A stretch of 64,000 bases of DNA, taken from contig CBDCDC010000002.1 of the NCBI GenBank assembly GCA_965215195.1, forward strand, positions 352,001 to 416,000. The letters run 5' to 3'. The notes beneath the pieces were generated by a model, which did not search any database, was not told the origin of the DNA, and saw nothing but the letters and a program-made list of their open reading frames with translations. Of this stretch, positions 1-8,709 are shown one piece after another. This DNA is from Candidatus Latescibacterota bacterium. Its GTDB lineage: Bacteria; Latescibacterota; UBA2968; UBA8231. Positions within the stretch are counted from its first letter, which is position 1; each line of letters begins with the position of its first letter. Position numbers and translations under genes: made by a program.

Positions 1-1
1 C

Positions 2-1414
2 TACGGCGACGCCCTAGAGCGAGTGATCGATATAGTGCTCTATCCAGAGAGCGAAGACCACGTGCGCGCCATCGTGCGCCTCGCCTCCGAGCGCAGTGTT
101 TGCCTCGTGCCCTACGGCGGCGGCACCAACGTCAGCGGCGCACTGGCCCTGCCCACCGACGACGGCCGCGTCTTCGCCTCGGTCGATATGCGGCGCATGA
201 AGCGGATCGTCGAGCTCGACGAAGAAAATCTCCAAGCCTGCGTCGAAGCGGGGATTTCGGGCAAGGAGCTGGAGCGGGCACTCGCCGCCCGGGGCTATAC
301 GGCCGGCCACGACCCGGACAGCATTGAGCTTTCAACCCTCGGCGGTTGGATCGCCACCAATGCCAGCGGCATGAAAAAAAATCGCTACGGCAATATCGAA
401 GACATCGTCCTCGAAGCGACCCTCGTGACGCCGACTGGCGCGGTGGAGACCTTGCACGCCACGCCGCGCAACTCAACCGGCATCCAGCCGCGCGGGCTGC
501 TCTTTGGCTCGGAGGGCAACCTCGGCATCATCACCAAGGCCGTGCTCAAAATCCATCCCCAACCAGAAGTGCGCGAATACGGTTCGCTGGTGTTCAAGTC
601 CTTTGCCCAAGGCATGGAGTACTTGCAGGCCCTGCGCCAGACCGGGACCTTGCCGGCGAGTATCCGCCTGGTCAACAACCAAGAATTCCGCTTCGGACAG
701 GCCCTCAAGGCCGCGCCTTCTCCCTTGCAGCACCTCAAGGAAAAGGTGCAAAAGTTCGCCTTGTTGAAGCTGTTGGGGTTTGACCCGCTAAAAATGGCCG
801 CATGTACGATCGCCATGGAAGGGACGCGCGCCGAGGTCGCGCATCAGAAGCGGACGATCTTCAAGCTGGCCAAGGCCCACGGCGGCAAAAGTGCCGGTGC
901 CACCAACGGCCGGCGCGGGTACATGCTGACCTTTGGGATCGCCTATATCCGCGACTTTTTGAACCAGTTCGATTTCTTGGGCGAGACCTTTGAGACCTCT
1001 GTGCCTTGGAGCCGCATCCACGACGTGACACAGGCCGTGCAAGCAGAGCTGAGCGCCCAGTGCCGCGCCCGCAGCGTGGCCGGGCGGCCCTACCTGTCGT
1101 ACCGGGTGACGCAGACCTATCACACCGGGGTGTGCATCTACTTTACGATGGGGTTTTGCGGGCGGGGATTGGCGCGGCCCATTGAGGTCTATCACGACAT
1201 TGAGCACGCGCTGCGGCAGACGATCTTGGACCACGGCGGCTCCCTGTCCCACCACCACGGAGTGGGCAAAATCCGGCAGAGCTTTGTCCAGCACATCCAG
1301 AGCGACAACAGCATTGAGGTCCTGCGAAAGACCAAAGAAGCGCTGGATCCCCAGAATATCTTTGGCATTCAGAATGGGATTTTTGGGAGTGCGCACCGGA
1401 AGCCTAAGCAATAA
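2..1414 (+). CDS. FAD-linked oxidase, alkyldihydroxyacetonephosphate synthase (AGPS)-like; 5' end lies outside the window
   Basis: Frame is open from base 2 (YGDALERVIDIVLYP). Motifs PYGGGTNVS, GHDPDSIELSTLGGWIAT, GMKKNRYGNIEDIV, GSEGNLGIIT, RVTQTY and SLSHHHGVGK are typical of AGPS. Confidence 0.85.
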   Translation, partial: YGDALERVIDIVLYPESEDHVRAIVRLASERSVCLVPYGGGTNVSGALALPTDDGRVFASVDMRRMKRIVELDEENLQACVEAGISGKELERALAARGYTAGHDPDSIELSTLGGWIATNASGMKKNRYGNIEDIVLEATLVTPTGAVETLHATPRNSTGIQPRGLLFGSEGNLGIITKAVLKIHPQPEVREYGSLVFKSFAQGMEYLQALRQTGTLPASIRLVNNQEFRFGQALKAAPSPLQHLKEKVQKFALLKLLGFDPLKMAACTIAMEGTRAEVAHQKRTIFKLAKAHGGKSAGATNGRRGYMLTFGIAYIRDFLNQFDFLGETFETSVPWSRIHDVTQAVQAELSAQCRARSVAGRPYLSYRVTQTYHTGVCIYFTMGFCGRGLARPIEVYHDIEHALRQTILDHGGSLSHHHGVGKIRQSFVQHIQSDNSIEVLRKTKEALDPQNIFGIQNGIFGSAHRKPKQ

Positions 1415-2207
1415 GGTAGTAGTTATCACCGGCGCTTCTGCCGGCTTGGGCGCGGCGCTGGCGCTGGCGTGTGCCCAGCAGGGAGCGCGGCTGGTTATCT
1501 TGGCGCGGAATGGCAAGCGGCTGGAGGCCGTCGCCCGAGCGTGCGAGCCGTTGGGGGGCGAGGTGCTGACCGTGGTCGGGGATGTGGCCGTAGCCGAGGA
1601 TGGCAAGCGGCTGGTGGAAGCCGCGATAGAGCGCTTTGGGCGCATAGATTACTTGGTCGCCAACGCCGGCGTCAGCATGTGGACCGCGTTTGCCGCGATC
1701 GAGGATGTGGCTCTGTTTCGCACGCTGATGGAGGTAAATTACTTAGGGGCCGTGTACTGCGTGCATCCGGCGCTGCCGCATCTAAAAAAAAGCAAGGGCC
1801 TATTCGTGGCCATTTCGTCCATTCAGGGGCAGGTGGGGGTGCCGCTGCACACGGGGTACTCGGCGTCCAAACACGCGCTACAGGGGTTTTGCGACGCCCT
1901 GCGGATGGAGGTTGCCGAGAGCGGGGTGGGGGTGATGACCGTGCTGTTGCACTGGCTCGCGGGGACGGAGCTGCGGCAACGCGCATTGGGGAGGGACGGG
2001 AAGGCGTTGGGCAGTGCATCGCGCAAACACCGCGCGGGGGCGGTGATCTTAGAGGCGGCGGCGCAGGCGATTGTGCGCGGGATGCAGAAGCGACGGCAGC
2101 GGCTCTACGTGCCTAGACGGCTCAGGCTGCTGGCGGTGGTCCACGCCCTGTGGCCGCCGCTGGCCGAGTGGGTCGTCAAGGGGAAAGTGGCGCGGGAGGA
2201 AGGGTAG
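1389..2207 (+). CDS. Short-chain dehydrogenase/reductase (DHRS7B/11-beta-HSD-like subgroup)
   Basis: VITGASAGLG Rossmann motif, NAG, catalytic YSASK. Probable GTG start at 1389 overlaps the AGPS 3' end. Confidence 0.85.
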   Translation: MRTGSLSNKVVVITGASAGLGAALALACAQQGARLVILARNGKRLEAVARACEPLGGEVLTVVGDVAVAEDGKRLVEAAIERFGRIDYLVANAGVSMWTAFAAIEDVALFRTLMEVNYLGAVYCVHPALPHLKKSKGLFVAISSIQGQVGVPLHTGYSASKHALQGFCDALRMEVAESGVGVMTVLLHWLAGTELRQRALGRDGKALGSASRKHRAGAVILEAAAQAIVRGMQKRRQRLYVPRRLRLLAVVHALWPPLAEWVVKGKVAREEG

Positions 2208-2217
2208 GCCGACGGGG

Positions 2218-2513
2218 ATCAATGCGCCGTTGAGAAAGCTCTGGCGCAGACTTGTGAGCGGCCAGCTCGGCTCCTCTTTCCCGTAAGTGACCCGCGAGAA
2301 ATTGCGCGACGAATTCTTCTTCAGTTGGGCCCTCCACCGATATGGCCAGTGTGCGCACTTGCTGATTAAAGTCCTCCGGGCAGTGTGCATCGCACGGGTC
2401 CGGCAGCAGCGCCCGCGACGAGGCCAAATTGACTTCTCCCGAGCCGCGTACCGCGACATTTTGGCAATGGGGAAATCGACTTCGGCGAGACGCTTGCATT
2501 CGCGGGGGATCAC
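2218..2513 (-). pseudogene. Mosaic remnant: collinear stubs of DUF1156 methyltransferase, DUF4276 and DUF499 genes
   Basis: Minus-strand translations VIPRECKRLAEVDFPIAKMSRYAAREKSI, LASSRA and LLPDPCDAHCPEDFNQQ match the start of 8710..11688. LAISVEGPTEEEFVAQFLAGHLRERGAE matches the start of 6961..7587. WPLTSLRQSFLNGAL matches ~4675-4720. Confidence 0.9.
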
Positions 2514-3748
2514 GATGGCTTCGCTTCCTTCCACAAGCGCACGGTGAAACGGTACTCCTCCGCGATCAGGTCCGGCTCGGTGCCGTTGTGGGCCAACATG
2601 CCGGGAATGATTTTGTTCCGAATGCCCATGCCACGCGCATCCACATAGCCGTAGTCGCGCATCACGTTGACTAAGGTCTGATTGCGGGCGTAGCGCAGCC
2701 CCAATCGCATCCCGGCGGGCGTCACGGTGTTGGGCAGGCGGCCCGGACTGACGACTTCGAGGCGGTCCGAGAAGATGACCAGCATAATGTCGGTCCCCAC
2801 GATGCTGTAATCGCGGTGTACTAGGGCGTTGACCACGGCCTCGCGCACCGCACTTTCGGGAAATTCCCAGCGGTCAATCCGCCTCGCCCCTTCCAAATGG
2901 GAGGAGGGCGTCGTATTGCGCCGCACGAAATCCCACGCCTTGTCCACAAGTCCCAACTTGACAAGCTCCCCGTCCTCGGGGTCGCAGAGTGGAACCATAG
3001 GGCCTTTGAGATCCTCGTCCGCACGAGTTGCATAATCCGGCTCCGGGCCTAAGTAGCAAATAGCTCGAATGCCCGATTGTGGAAGAAACCGCTTGGGGTT
3101 CTTGCCAAACAGGAGCATTCCGTCGACGGTGGCGACCAGCTGGCCCGCTACTCGCGTCGCAAGTTCGAGGTTTTGCAGCAGCCTTTGCCACTGATCGACA
3201 TCGCTTGCAGGCGGAACGCTACCGCCCAGAACGCGGCCAAAATAATCGCGCAAATGCCGCTGGTCGAGCGAGCCGAGTGCAGTGCCGAGGACGGGCTTTA
3301 AGCCGTAGCGAAACGGTCCTCCCTGTAGGTAGAGCCGTTCCTCTTCCTCGCGGCCCGCGGCTCGCGTAGTCGTCCCGACGCGCACCTGAGTGACCCAATT
3401 TTCCCCGCGCTTGGCCTTATAAGGCTTGTCCGGCGCATCTCTCGGAAGAGATATAACGCCGACCGTCTTCCCTTCTCCCCAGTCCACGGTCTCCCAATAG
3501 GGAATCGTCGCCGGCAGGACGTGGGTGCGTGCAATTTCCATCACCCACTCCTCGACCTTGCGCGGTTCGCGGGTGAGACCGGCAACTGAGCCATTGTCCT
3601 CAACGCCGAGGAAAATGTACCCGCCCTCCAGATTGAGTAGAGCCGCAATTTCCGCGGCGAGCCGTTCCGGGCGGAGATCGGTGCGCTTGAACTCCACGCC
3701 GGAGTTCTCGCCGCTGCGGATCAGTTCGACCAAATCGGATTTGTTCAT
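2510..3748 (-). CDS. AlbA_2 (Schlafen-like) domain + RecG-C/HATPase_c_4 ATP-binding protein
   Basis: N-terminal GENSGVEFK and ALLNLEGGYIFLGVEDNG; C-terminal AVREAVVNALVHRDYS, SPGRLPN, RNQTL and GMGI. Confidence 0.85.
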   Translation of the reverse strand: MNKSDLVELIRSGENSGVEFKRTDLRPERLAAEIAALLNLEGGYIFLGVEDNGSVAGLTREPRKVEEWVMEIARTHVLPATIPYWETVDWGEGKTVGVISLPRDAPDKPYKAKRGENWVTQVRVGTTTRAAGREEEERLYLQGGPFRYGLKPVLGTALGSLDQRHLRDYFGRVLGGSVPPASDVDQWQRLLQNLELATRVAGQLVATVDGMLLFGKNPKRFLPQSGIRAICYLGPEPDYATRADEDLKGPMVPLCDPEDGELVKLGLVDKAWDFVRRNTTPSSHLEGARRIDRWEFPESAVREAVVNALVHRDYSIVGTDIMLVIFSDRLEVVSPGRLPNTVTPAGMRLGLRYARNQTLVNVMRDYGYVDARGMGIRNKIIPGMLAHNGTEPDLIAEEYRFTVRLWKEAKPS

Positions 3749-3829
3749 GGCTTTATCTTTTTGCGGTTGTTGTACTGTGTCGCAGGCTCGCGAATTTCCA
3801 TCGGCGGCTTGAGCGTGTCAACGCTCAGG
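3745..3829 (-). pseudogene. 3' stub of an SNF2 helicase allele
   Basis: Encodes LSVDTLKPPMEIRE...KP*, against LSVDTLKQPMEIRE...RP* at the end of 17402..20854. Its stop overlaps the AlbA_2 ATG. Confidence 0.85.
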
Positions 3830-3835
3830 TCATAT

Positions 3836-4083
3836 TCACCACGCAAAAAGTGCGCCCACTTCCATCGTCAACTCTCGGCCCGGATCGCCGTCCTCGCGCA
3901 CCACGAGTTGACCGTCGGTGTATCCGACATCGGCGACGCCGGAAAAATCGGAGGGAATCTGCATGAGAAAGTTGGCGTAGGTAAAAACCTGGGTCTCGTC
4001 GGCGTCGATATATTGAAAGAGCGAGCGGCCGAAAATCCGGCCTTTTTCCAACAACACCGGGCTAGGTTGGGGTAAGCCCGTAG
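3836..4083 (-). repeat. Diverged duplicate of the 3' end of gene 20844..21953
   Basis: About 250 bp align with 20844-21091 (GLPQPSPVLLEKGRIFGRSLFQYIDADETQ...MEVGALFAW* vs GLHQPSPVLLEKGRIFGRTLFHYIDADETQ...MEVGELFAW*). Confidence 0.92.
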
Positions 4084-4094
4084 GCCGATGCGTA

Positions 4095-4160
4095 CCACGC
4101 CCTGCGGCCGCCACTGGCTGAGTGGATCGTCAAAGGGAAGGTCGCACGGGAGGAGGGGGC
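4095..4160 (+). repeat. Diverged duplicate of the SDR 3' end (2141-2210)
   Basis: ccacgccctgcggccgccactggctgagtggatcgtcaaagggaaggtcgcacgggaggaggg vs ccacgccctgtggccgccgctggccgagtgggtcgtcaaggggaaagtggcgcgggaggaaggg. Changes are mostly at third codon positions. Confidence 0.88.
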
Positions 4161-6917
4161 CTACGAACGTTCGACGCGGAGCTGGTCGCCCAGTTCGAGA
4201 TCGTCGAGAATCTGCTGCAATTCAGTTTCCATGTTGTGGGCAAACTGCGAGCGGACGCTCACAGTACATTCAATACCGACGTTAAGCTCTTCCCCGGAGC
4301 GCAGCTTGGGCAGCATCTTGGTTCCCAGCCGGTTCCAGACTTCGGGAGGTACGGTGCCGGTAAGCCGCAGCGTTGTCTTTTGATTGTCCTCGCTCGGTGT
4401 GGGCTCTGGCTGGGGTGCTAACTCTGGGCTCGGCGCGGGTTCCGGTGGCGTCTGTGGCGAATGTTTAGCTGCGGCTTTGAGTTCTCTAACTTTGGCTTTG
4501 GTCACCAAGAAGACATTCTCCTCAAACGCCACTTCCTCGGCTGCGACCGACTCTTTATACCACAGCCGATTAAAGCCGCCATCGTCCTTGGCACCCGAGG
4601 CTAGACCAAACTCTCCCTTCGCCACGAACTCAACGACCTTCTGACGCAGGACCGCATCGGGATTGAGCAGCCGCGTCAATGCGCCGTTCAGAAAGCTCTG
4701 GCGCAGACTCGTGAGCGGCCACGCGCCGGAGTCTTTGAACGCCGCGGGCCAGTGGCGGTCGATGTAGCCGGCCCCCACGTTCTCGTTGAGCAGGGCCTCG
4801 GCCTTCAAAGCACTAATGATCCGTCCGCAGAGGGTTTCGCTTGCGCTGGCGTGGCCGGCCCCGAGGTCAATGACCTTGAGCCGATGCTCTTCCTGATTGT
4901 CCGCAAGTGCCACGAACCGATAGCCGGCCCACACTTCGTCCTTAGCCGCTTCCTCCGCGTCCCGAACATGGGTCTGAATTTCGGCGCGGTCGGCGCGGTC
5001 GTACTCTGAGCCGAGGACGCCCTCGGTTACTTCTTGGGCCACGCGCTTCCAAGCGAGCCACAACTCCACCTTATCGCGCAGTTCTCGTCCTAATTTCCTC
5101 GCACACCAGACCAGTGAACCCGGGTACAGCCGTGGCGCAGTGCCTCGTTCCTGCGTCCAATGGCCAATGCGCTCGACCACTTGGTTGCCGTTTATCCATT
5201 CCTCATCGGGGTCGAGGACGATCAGAGTGAGGCGCGGCGAATCTTGGACCGTGGCGCTGTCTTGCGGGAAGAACGTTATCGGCAGGGTCGCACCGCGTTT
5301 GAATTCCTCCTCGACCAGCTTGCGGATCGCCGGCTTGATCTCTGTAGTCTCGTCGAGCGAAGCCCGTCGGTCACTGACGACCTTGCGCAGTGTCGCTTGA
5401 TGGTAGATGCGATAGCCGTCCGTGCCGACCTTGCGGATAAAGAACCCCGACCCTTCGAGAGCTGTCGCTGCGCTGTCAATAGTCGTAGTCTCGACCTCGG
5501 GCTCGCCGAGCGCAAAGCGCAATTCCGGCAGATGGGCCACCTTTTCTACCTGTCCGCCGGAGGACTCGAATAGGATGGCCGTGCCCACGCGGCGGTGGAT
5601 GTCGCGCAGTGCTCCCGTGGCATCCGCGTCGAGAGGTCTGGCATGTGCCATCGGCCCGGCGAGGTCGGCGTCAATTGCCACATCGAGCCGCGACTCGCCC
5701 AACTGGCCCAAGACCACAGCGCGAAACTCGGGCACGTCCAACGGCGCCGACCCCAGCGTAATCAGCGGCTCGGTTCGCGCCTTTGTAAACTGCTCGCGCA
5801 CGGCCCAGGAAATCCATTGCGCCAGCATGGCCAGCGCACCTCGGGTTTGCTGAAACTGAGAAAGCGCACGCCACTTGCGCTGAAAGACCGAAAGAGTTGC
5901 CGGATGAAAGGGATAGCACACCTCGAATCGGCCGCGCAAAAATTCCCTTGCCTTGGCCTCCGTCGTCGCGGTATCGACTGCTAACCACTCGGCGGGCAAG
6001 CGAGCAGTGCGTTCAAAGCACCAGTCCGCGTAGGTCTTGGCGACGCGCTTGCGAGTGCGCTCGTTGCCGAGGTCCTCAAACAGCCGCCGGCGCACCACCT
6101 CGCTGATTTCGGATTCGTCATTGGCAATTAGATCGCGGGCAACGCGACGTACCACCTTGGTGATCCGGTCCTGCCACTGCTGATCCCAATCGGTCATTTC
6201 GACTTGGCTGCGCGGCAGGCTAATGAGTGCGGCAGCCTGAGTAGTGCCCGTGACGGCGACGGTCAGGTTTTGGAGGAAGGCGTGGAAGGGCTCGGCCATG
6301 GGGCGATGGCGATTGACAAAGTTCAGGACTTCATCGAACAACAGCAGCACGGGCGCATCCGCGGCAGCGAATACGTTGGCCAGTGCCTCGGTTCCCGGCG
6401 GCGTGGTCCGTGCGGCAGCACCGAGTGCCGCGACGCCCTTATCGCCCGCTAGTTGGTGCGCCAGATCGAGCCAAGGCGTTTCCCGGCCCTCCGCAGGGTC
6501 CCAAGCATTGCCCACGAAGACGCCGACTCGGGCAGGCGGAGCTTCTGCCATGCCGGCCTCGTTCAGGAGGTCTGCCACGCCGGGGAACTTGGCGGCATCC
6601 GCGCCGGCGTTGGCGATATGGTACAGCGAAGCCAGCGTATGCGTCTTGCCGCCACCAAATTGGGTGACGAGTGTGAGAACCGGAGCTGTGTTCTCGGTCT
6701 TGCCGGAGAGACGCCGGAGGACCATGCCAGCGTGTTCCTTTAGGGCGCGGGTGAAGCAGGTGCGCGAAAAAAATTGCGCTGGATCGCGGTAATCCACGGG
6801 GGCGGTTTGGGCTACGATCTGCTCAAGGGCAATGGCGAACTCGTCCGGGCTGAACGAGCGGCCTTCGCGCACTTCTTTGCGGAGCGTTACGGTTTTGTAC
6901 CAAGGGTCAAGGGCCAT
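4161..6917 (-). CDS. DUF499 AAA+ ATPase (BrxC-related)
   Basis: MALDPWYKTVTLRKEVREG start, Walker A QFGGGKTH, Walker B LLFDE, YPFHP and FQQTRG motifs. Confidence 0.88.
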   Translation of the reverse strand: MALDPWYKTVTLRKEVREGRSFSPDEFAIALEQIVAQTAPVDYRDPAQFFSRTCFTRALKEHAGMVLRRLSGKTENTAPVLTLVTQFGGGKTHTLASLYHIANAGADAAKFPGVADLLNEAGMAEAPPARVGVFVGNAWDPAEGRETPWLDLAHQLAGDKGVAALGAAARTTPPGTEALANVFAAADAPVLLLFDEVLNFVNRHRPMAEPFHAFLQNLTVAVTGTTQAAALISLPRSQVEMTDWDQQWQDRITKVVRRVARDLIANDESEISEVVRRRLFEDLGNERTRKRVAKTYADWCFERTARLPAEWLAVDTATTEAKAREFLRGRFEVCYPFHPATLSVFQRKWRALSQFQQTRGALAMLAQWISWAVREQFTKARTEPLITLGSAPLDVPEFRAVVLGQLGESRLDVAIDADLAGPMAHARPLDADATGALRDIHRRVGTAILFESSGGQVEKVAHLPELRFALGEPEVETTTIDSAATALEGSGFFIRKVGTDGYRIYHQATLRKVVSDRRASLDETTEIKPAIRKLVEEEFKRGATLPITFFPQDSATVQDSPRLTLIVLDPDEEWINGNQVVERIGHWTQERGTAPRLYPGSLVWCARKLGRELRDKVELWLAWKRVAQEVTEGVLGSEYDRADRAEIQTHVRDAEEAAKDEVWAGYRFVALADNQEEHRLKVIDLGAGHASASETLCGRIISALKAEALLNENVGAGYIDRHWPAAFKDSGAWPLTSLRQSFLNGALTRLLNPDAVLRQKVVEFVAKGEFGLASGAKDDGGFNRLWYKESVAAEEVAFEENVFLVTKAKVRELKAAAKHSPQTPPEPAPSPELAPQPEPTPSEDNQKTTLRLTGTVPPEVWNRLGTKMLPKLRSGEELNVGIECTVSVRSQFAHNMETELQQILDDLELGDQLRVERS

Positions 6918-6960
6918 TCTGTCTCTCTCTTTGATCGGGTCTCTGCGCGGTGGTTCAATC

Positions 6961-7587
6961 TCAACTCCCCAGCGACTCCAAGCTCGTTACCCAGCCGTTG
7001 AACCGAGGGCATTCATTGCGAATCTTGGCCAAGCCAATCTCCACTGCTAGAAGGGGGGCGTCAACTTTCTTATCGTACCGGGGTATAATCTCCTTGATCC
7101 GTTTGCTCGGAGCCGTGTCCTTGTTGTCGTTAATGTCCTCGGGCGTCTGGAACTGTGAACGGATGTTTTGCAGGGCCTCCACCGATCCGTCCGGTGCGCT
7201 AACCAGGCCCGCAAAAACGCTTACATCCGAAAACAACAGCCCCTCGAACTCATGTCGTTGGACATATGGGAACACTCTTTTTGGATGCCATAGACCGCCG
7301 AGTTTCTGGCGAAGGTCTTCCTCCAACTCATCGCTTGTTCTGCCTTCTTTGCGACGAAACCCATAGAAGTCAACGAGCGATGTCACCGCATCAAAGGAAC
7401 GGAGTAAATGGGTCATTTCCGACACGAGTCGCTCCACCGAAACATTTCCGCCGTCAGATCTGCCGCGGGCGCGGCCAAACAGAATCGGTATCGGTTCGAC
7501 TCCTCTTTCTCTTAAGTGAGCCGCGAGAAAATGTTTGACAAATTCCTCTTCGGTTGGGCCTTCTACCGATATGGCCAGTCGGATCAC
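6961..7587 (-). CDS. DUF4276 family protein (TOPRIM-like putative nuclease)
   Basis: VEGPTEEEFV, LVDFYG, HEFEGLLFSD, PEDIND..TAPSKRI and IRNECPRF motifs. GTG start overlaps the upstream ATPase stop. Confidence 0.85.
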   Translation of the reverse strand: MIRLAISVEGPTEEEFVKHFLAAHLRERGVEPIPILFGRARGRSDGGNVSVERLVSEMTHLLRSFDAVTSLVDFYGFRRKEGRTSDELEEDLRQKLGGLWHPKRVFPYVQRHEFEGLLFSDVSVFAGLVSAPDGSVEALQNIRSQFQTPEDINDNKDTAPSKRIKEIIPRYDKKVDAPLLAVEIGLAKIRNECPRFNGWVTSLESLGS

Positions 7588-8699
7588 GGACGTCCTCCGA
7601 GCAGATTCTTTTGCCAAAGCTCACCCGATGTGAAGTTGTCGTCGAGCCATACCTGATAGTCATCCGGCGCCAGTTTGCGAAACTCAGTACGACCGTCCTG
7701 TAGCTCTAACACGAAAATTTCGTCGAGACCGAACGCATCAACCAGCAAGGGCGATTGCGTTGCCACAATGACCTGCCTTTCCTCGGCGAGGGACTTTATC
7801 ATACCCCCAATCAAGGCGATGGCTGCCGGATGCAGGCCCAGTTCTGGTTCGTCCAACAGGATTACGTTGGGCAACATCTCCGGCGGCAGATTGAGCAGAG
7901 TGACGAGGGCGAAGAACCGTAGCGAGCCATCGGACGTGAGATGTGCGCCAAAGGTCTTGTCCATTCCTTTGGCTTTCCACCTCAGCAATACTTTTCCGTA
8001 GCTCTCTTCAAGCTGAAAACGGTCGAATACAGGCAAGACTCGGCTGATATGCTGGCAGATCAGATCATATCGCTTGATGTCTTCCCGCTCCAACCGGTGC
8101 AGTACGGCGGCCAAGTTGCCCCCGTGGCTAAGAAGGCAGTTGTTGTCCTCCGCGTCCCATCTTTTTTTGAAGTCAGATGTGTCGGATGTGTCGTGAAATT
8201 GATAGACAACGCAACTGCGGAGACGATCCACAATCACCTTGGCGGTGATGAGGTCGTTAGCATAAAATTCGCTGGGCTTTGTGACCCGGACAATCTCGGC
8301 TTCCTGATGCCCACTTCCCAAGTATTGCCAATTGCTACTGAATCGAAAACTTTCCTTGCTAAAGAAAAAGCGGTCAGGATGAGCGTGGGAAAGCATGAAC
8401 CGATAGTCGTAGCTGCTGTGGCCCGCTCCGATTCTCAACCTAACCTCGGCTTCCATGCGCGGAGTACGTTGGTTGCCACCATACAATTGATCGTCGGCTC
8501 CTCCGTGCCTCTCGATGAACTCTGCGAGTCTGCGAGACCCGAGCATCCAGTTCAGCATTTCAAAGAATCGAATGAAATTCGACTTGCCCGAGCCGTTGGC
8601 ACCAATTAGGACCGCCGCCTTGGGAATTCCCGAAAGCTCGACATCGGCCAACGACCGGAAGCCCTGGATGCGGACGTATTCAATCATTGTTGGTTCCAT
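7584..8699 (-). CDS. AAA_21/AbiEii-like ABC ATPase
   Basis: IQGFRSL, Walker A GANGSGKSN, signature SDGSLRF, Walker B LLDEPELGLHP and ATQS. Confidence 0.88.
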   Translation of the reverse strand: MEPTMIEYVRIQGFRSLADVELSGIPKAAVLIGANGSGKSNFIRFFEMLNWMLGSRRLAEFIERHGGADDQLYGGNQRTPRMEAEVRLRIGAGHSSYDYRFMLSHAHPDRFFFSKESFRFSSNWQYLGSGHQEAEIVRVTKPSEFYANDLITAKVIVDRLRSCVVYQFHDTSDTSDFKKRWDAEDNNCLLSHGGNLAAVLHRLEREDIKRYDLICQHISRVLPVFDRFQLEESYGKVLLRWKAKGMDKTFGAHLTSDGSLRFFALVTLLNLPPEMLPNVILLDEPELGLHPAAIALIGGMIKSLAEERQVIVATQSPLLVDAFGLDEIFVLELQDGRTEFRKLAPDDYQVWLDDNFTSGELWQKNLLGGRP

Positions 8700-8709
8700 C
8701 GCGTTCCTT

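Noticed and set aside
3836-4114. 92-aa ORF as a real gene
   Set aside because: It is the duplicated 3' end of 20844..21953 with a chance start codon in the junction.
2208-4160. Diverged repeats considered as DGR template/variable repeats
   Set aside because: No reverse transcriptase is present, and mismatches are not adenine-specific but largely synonymous.
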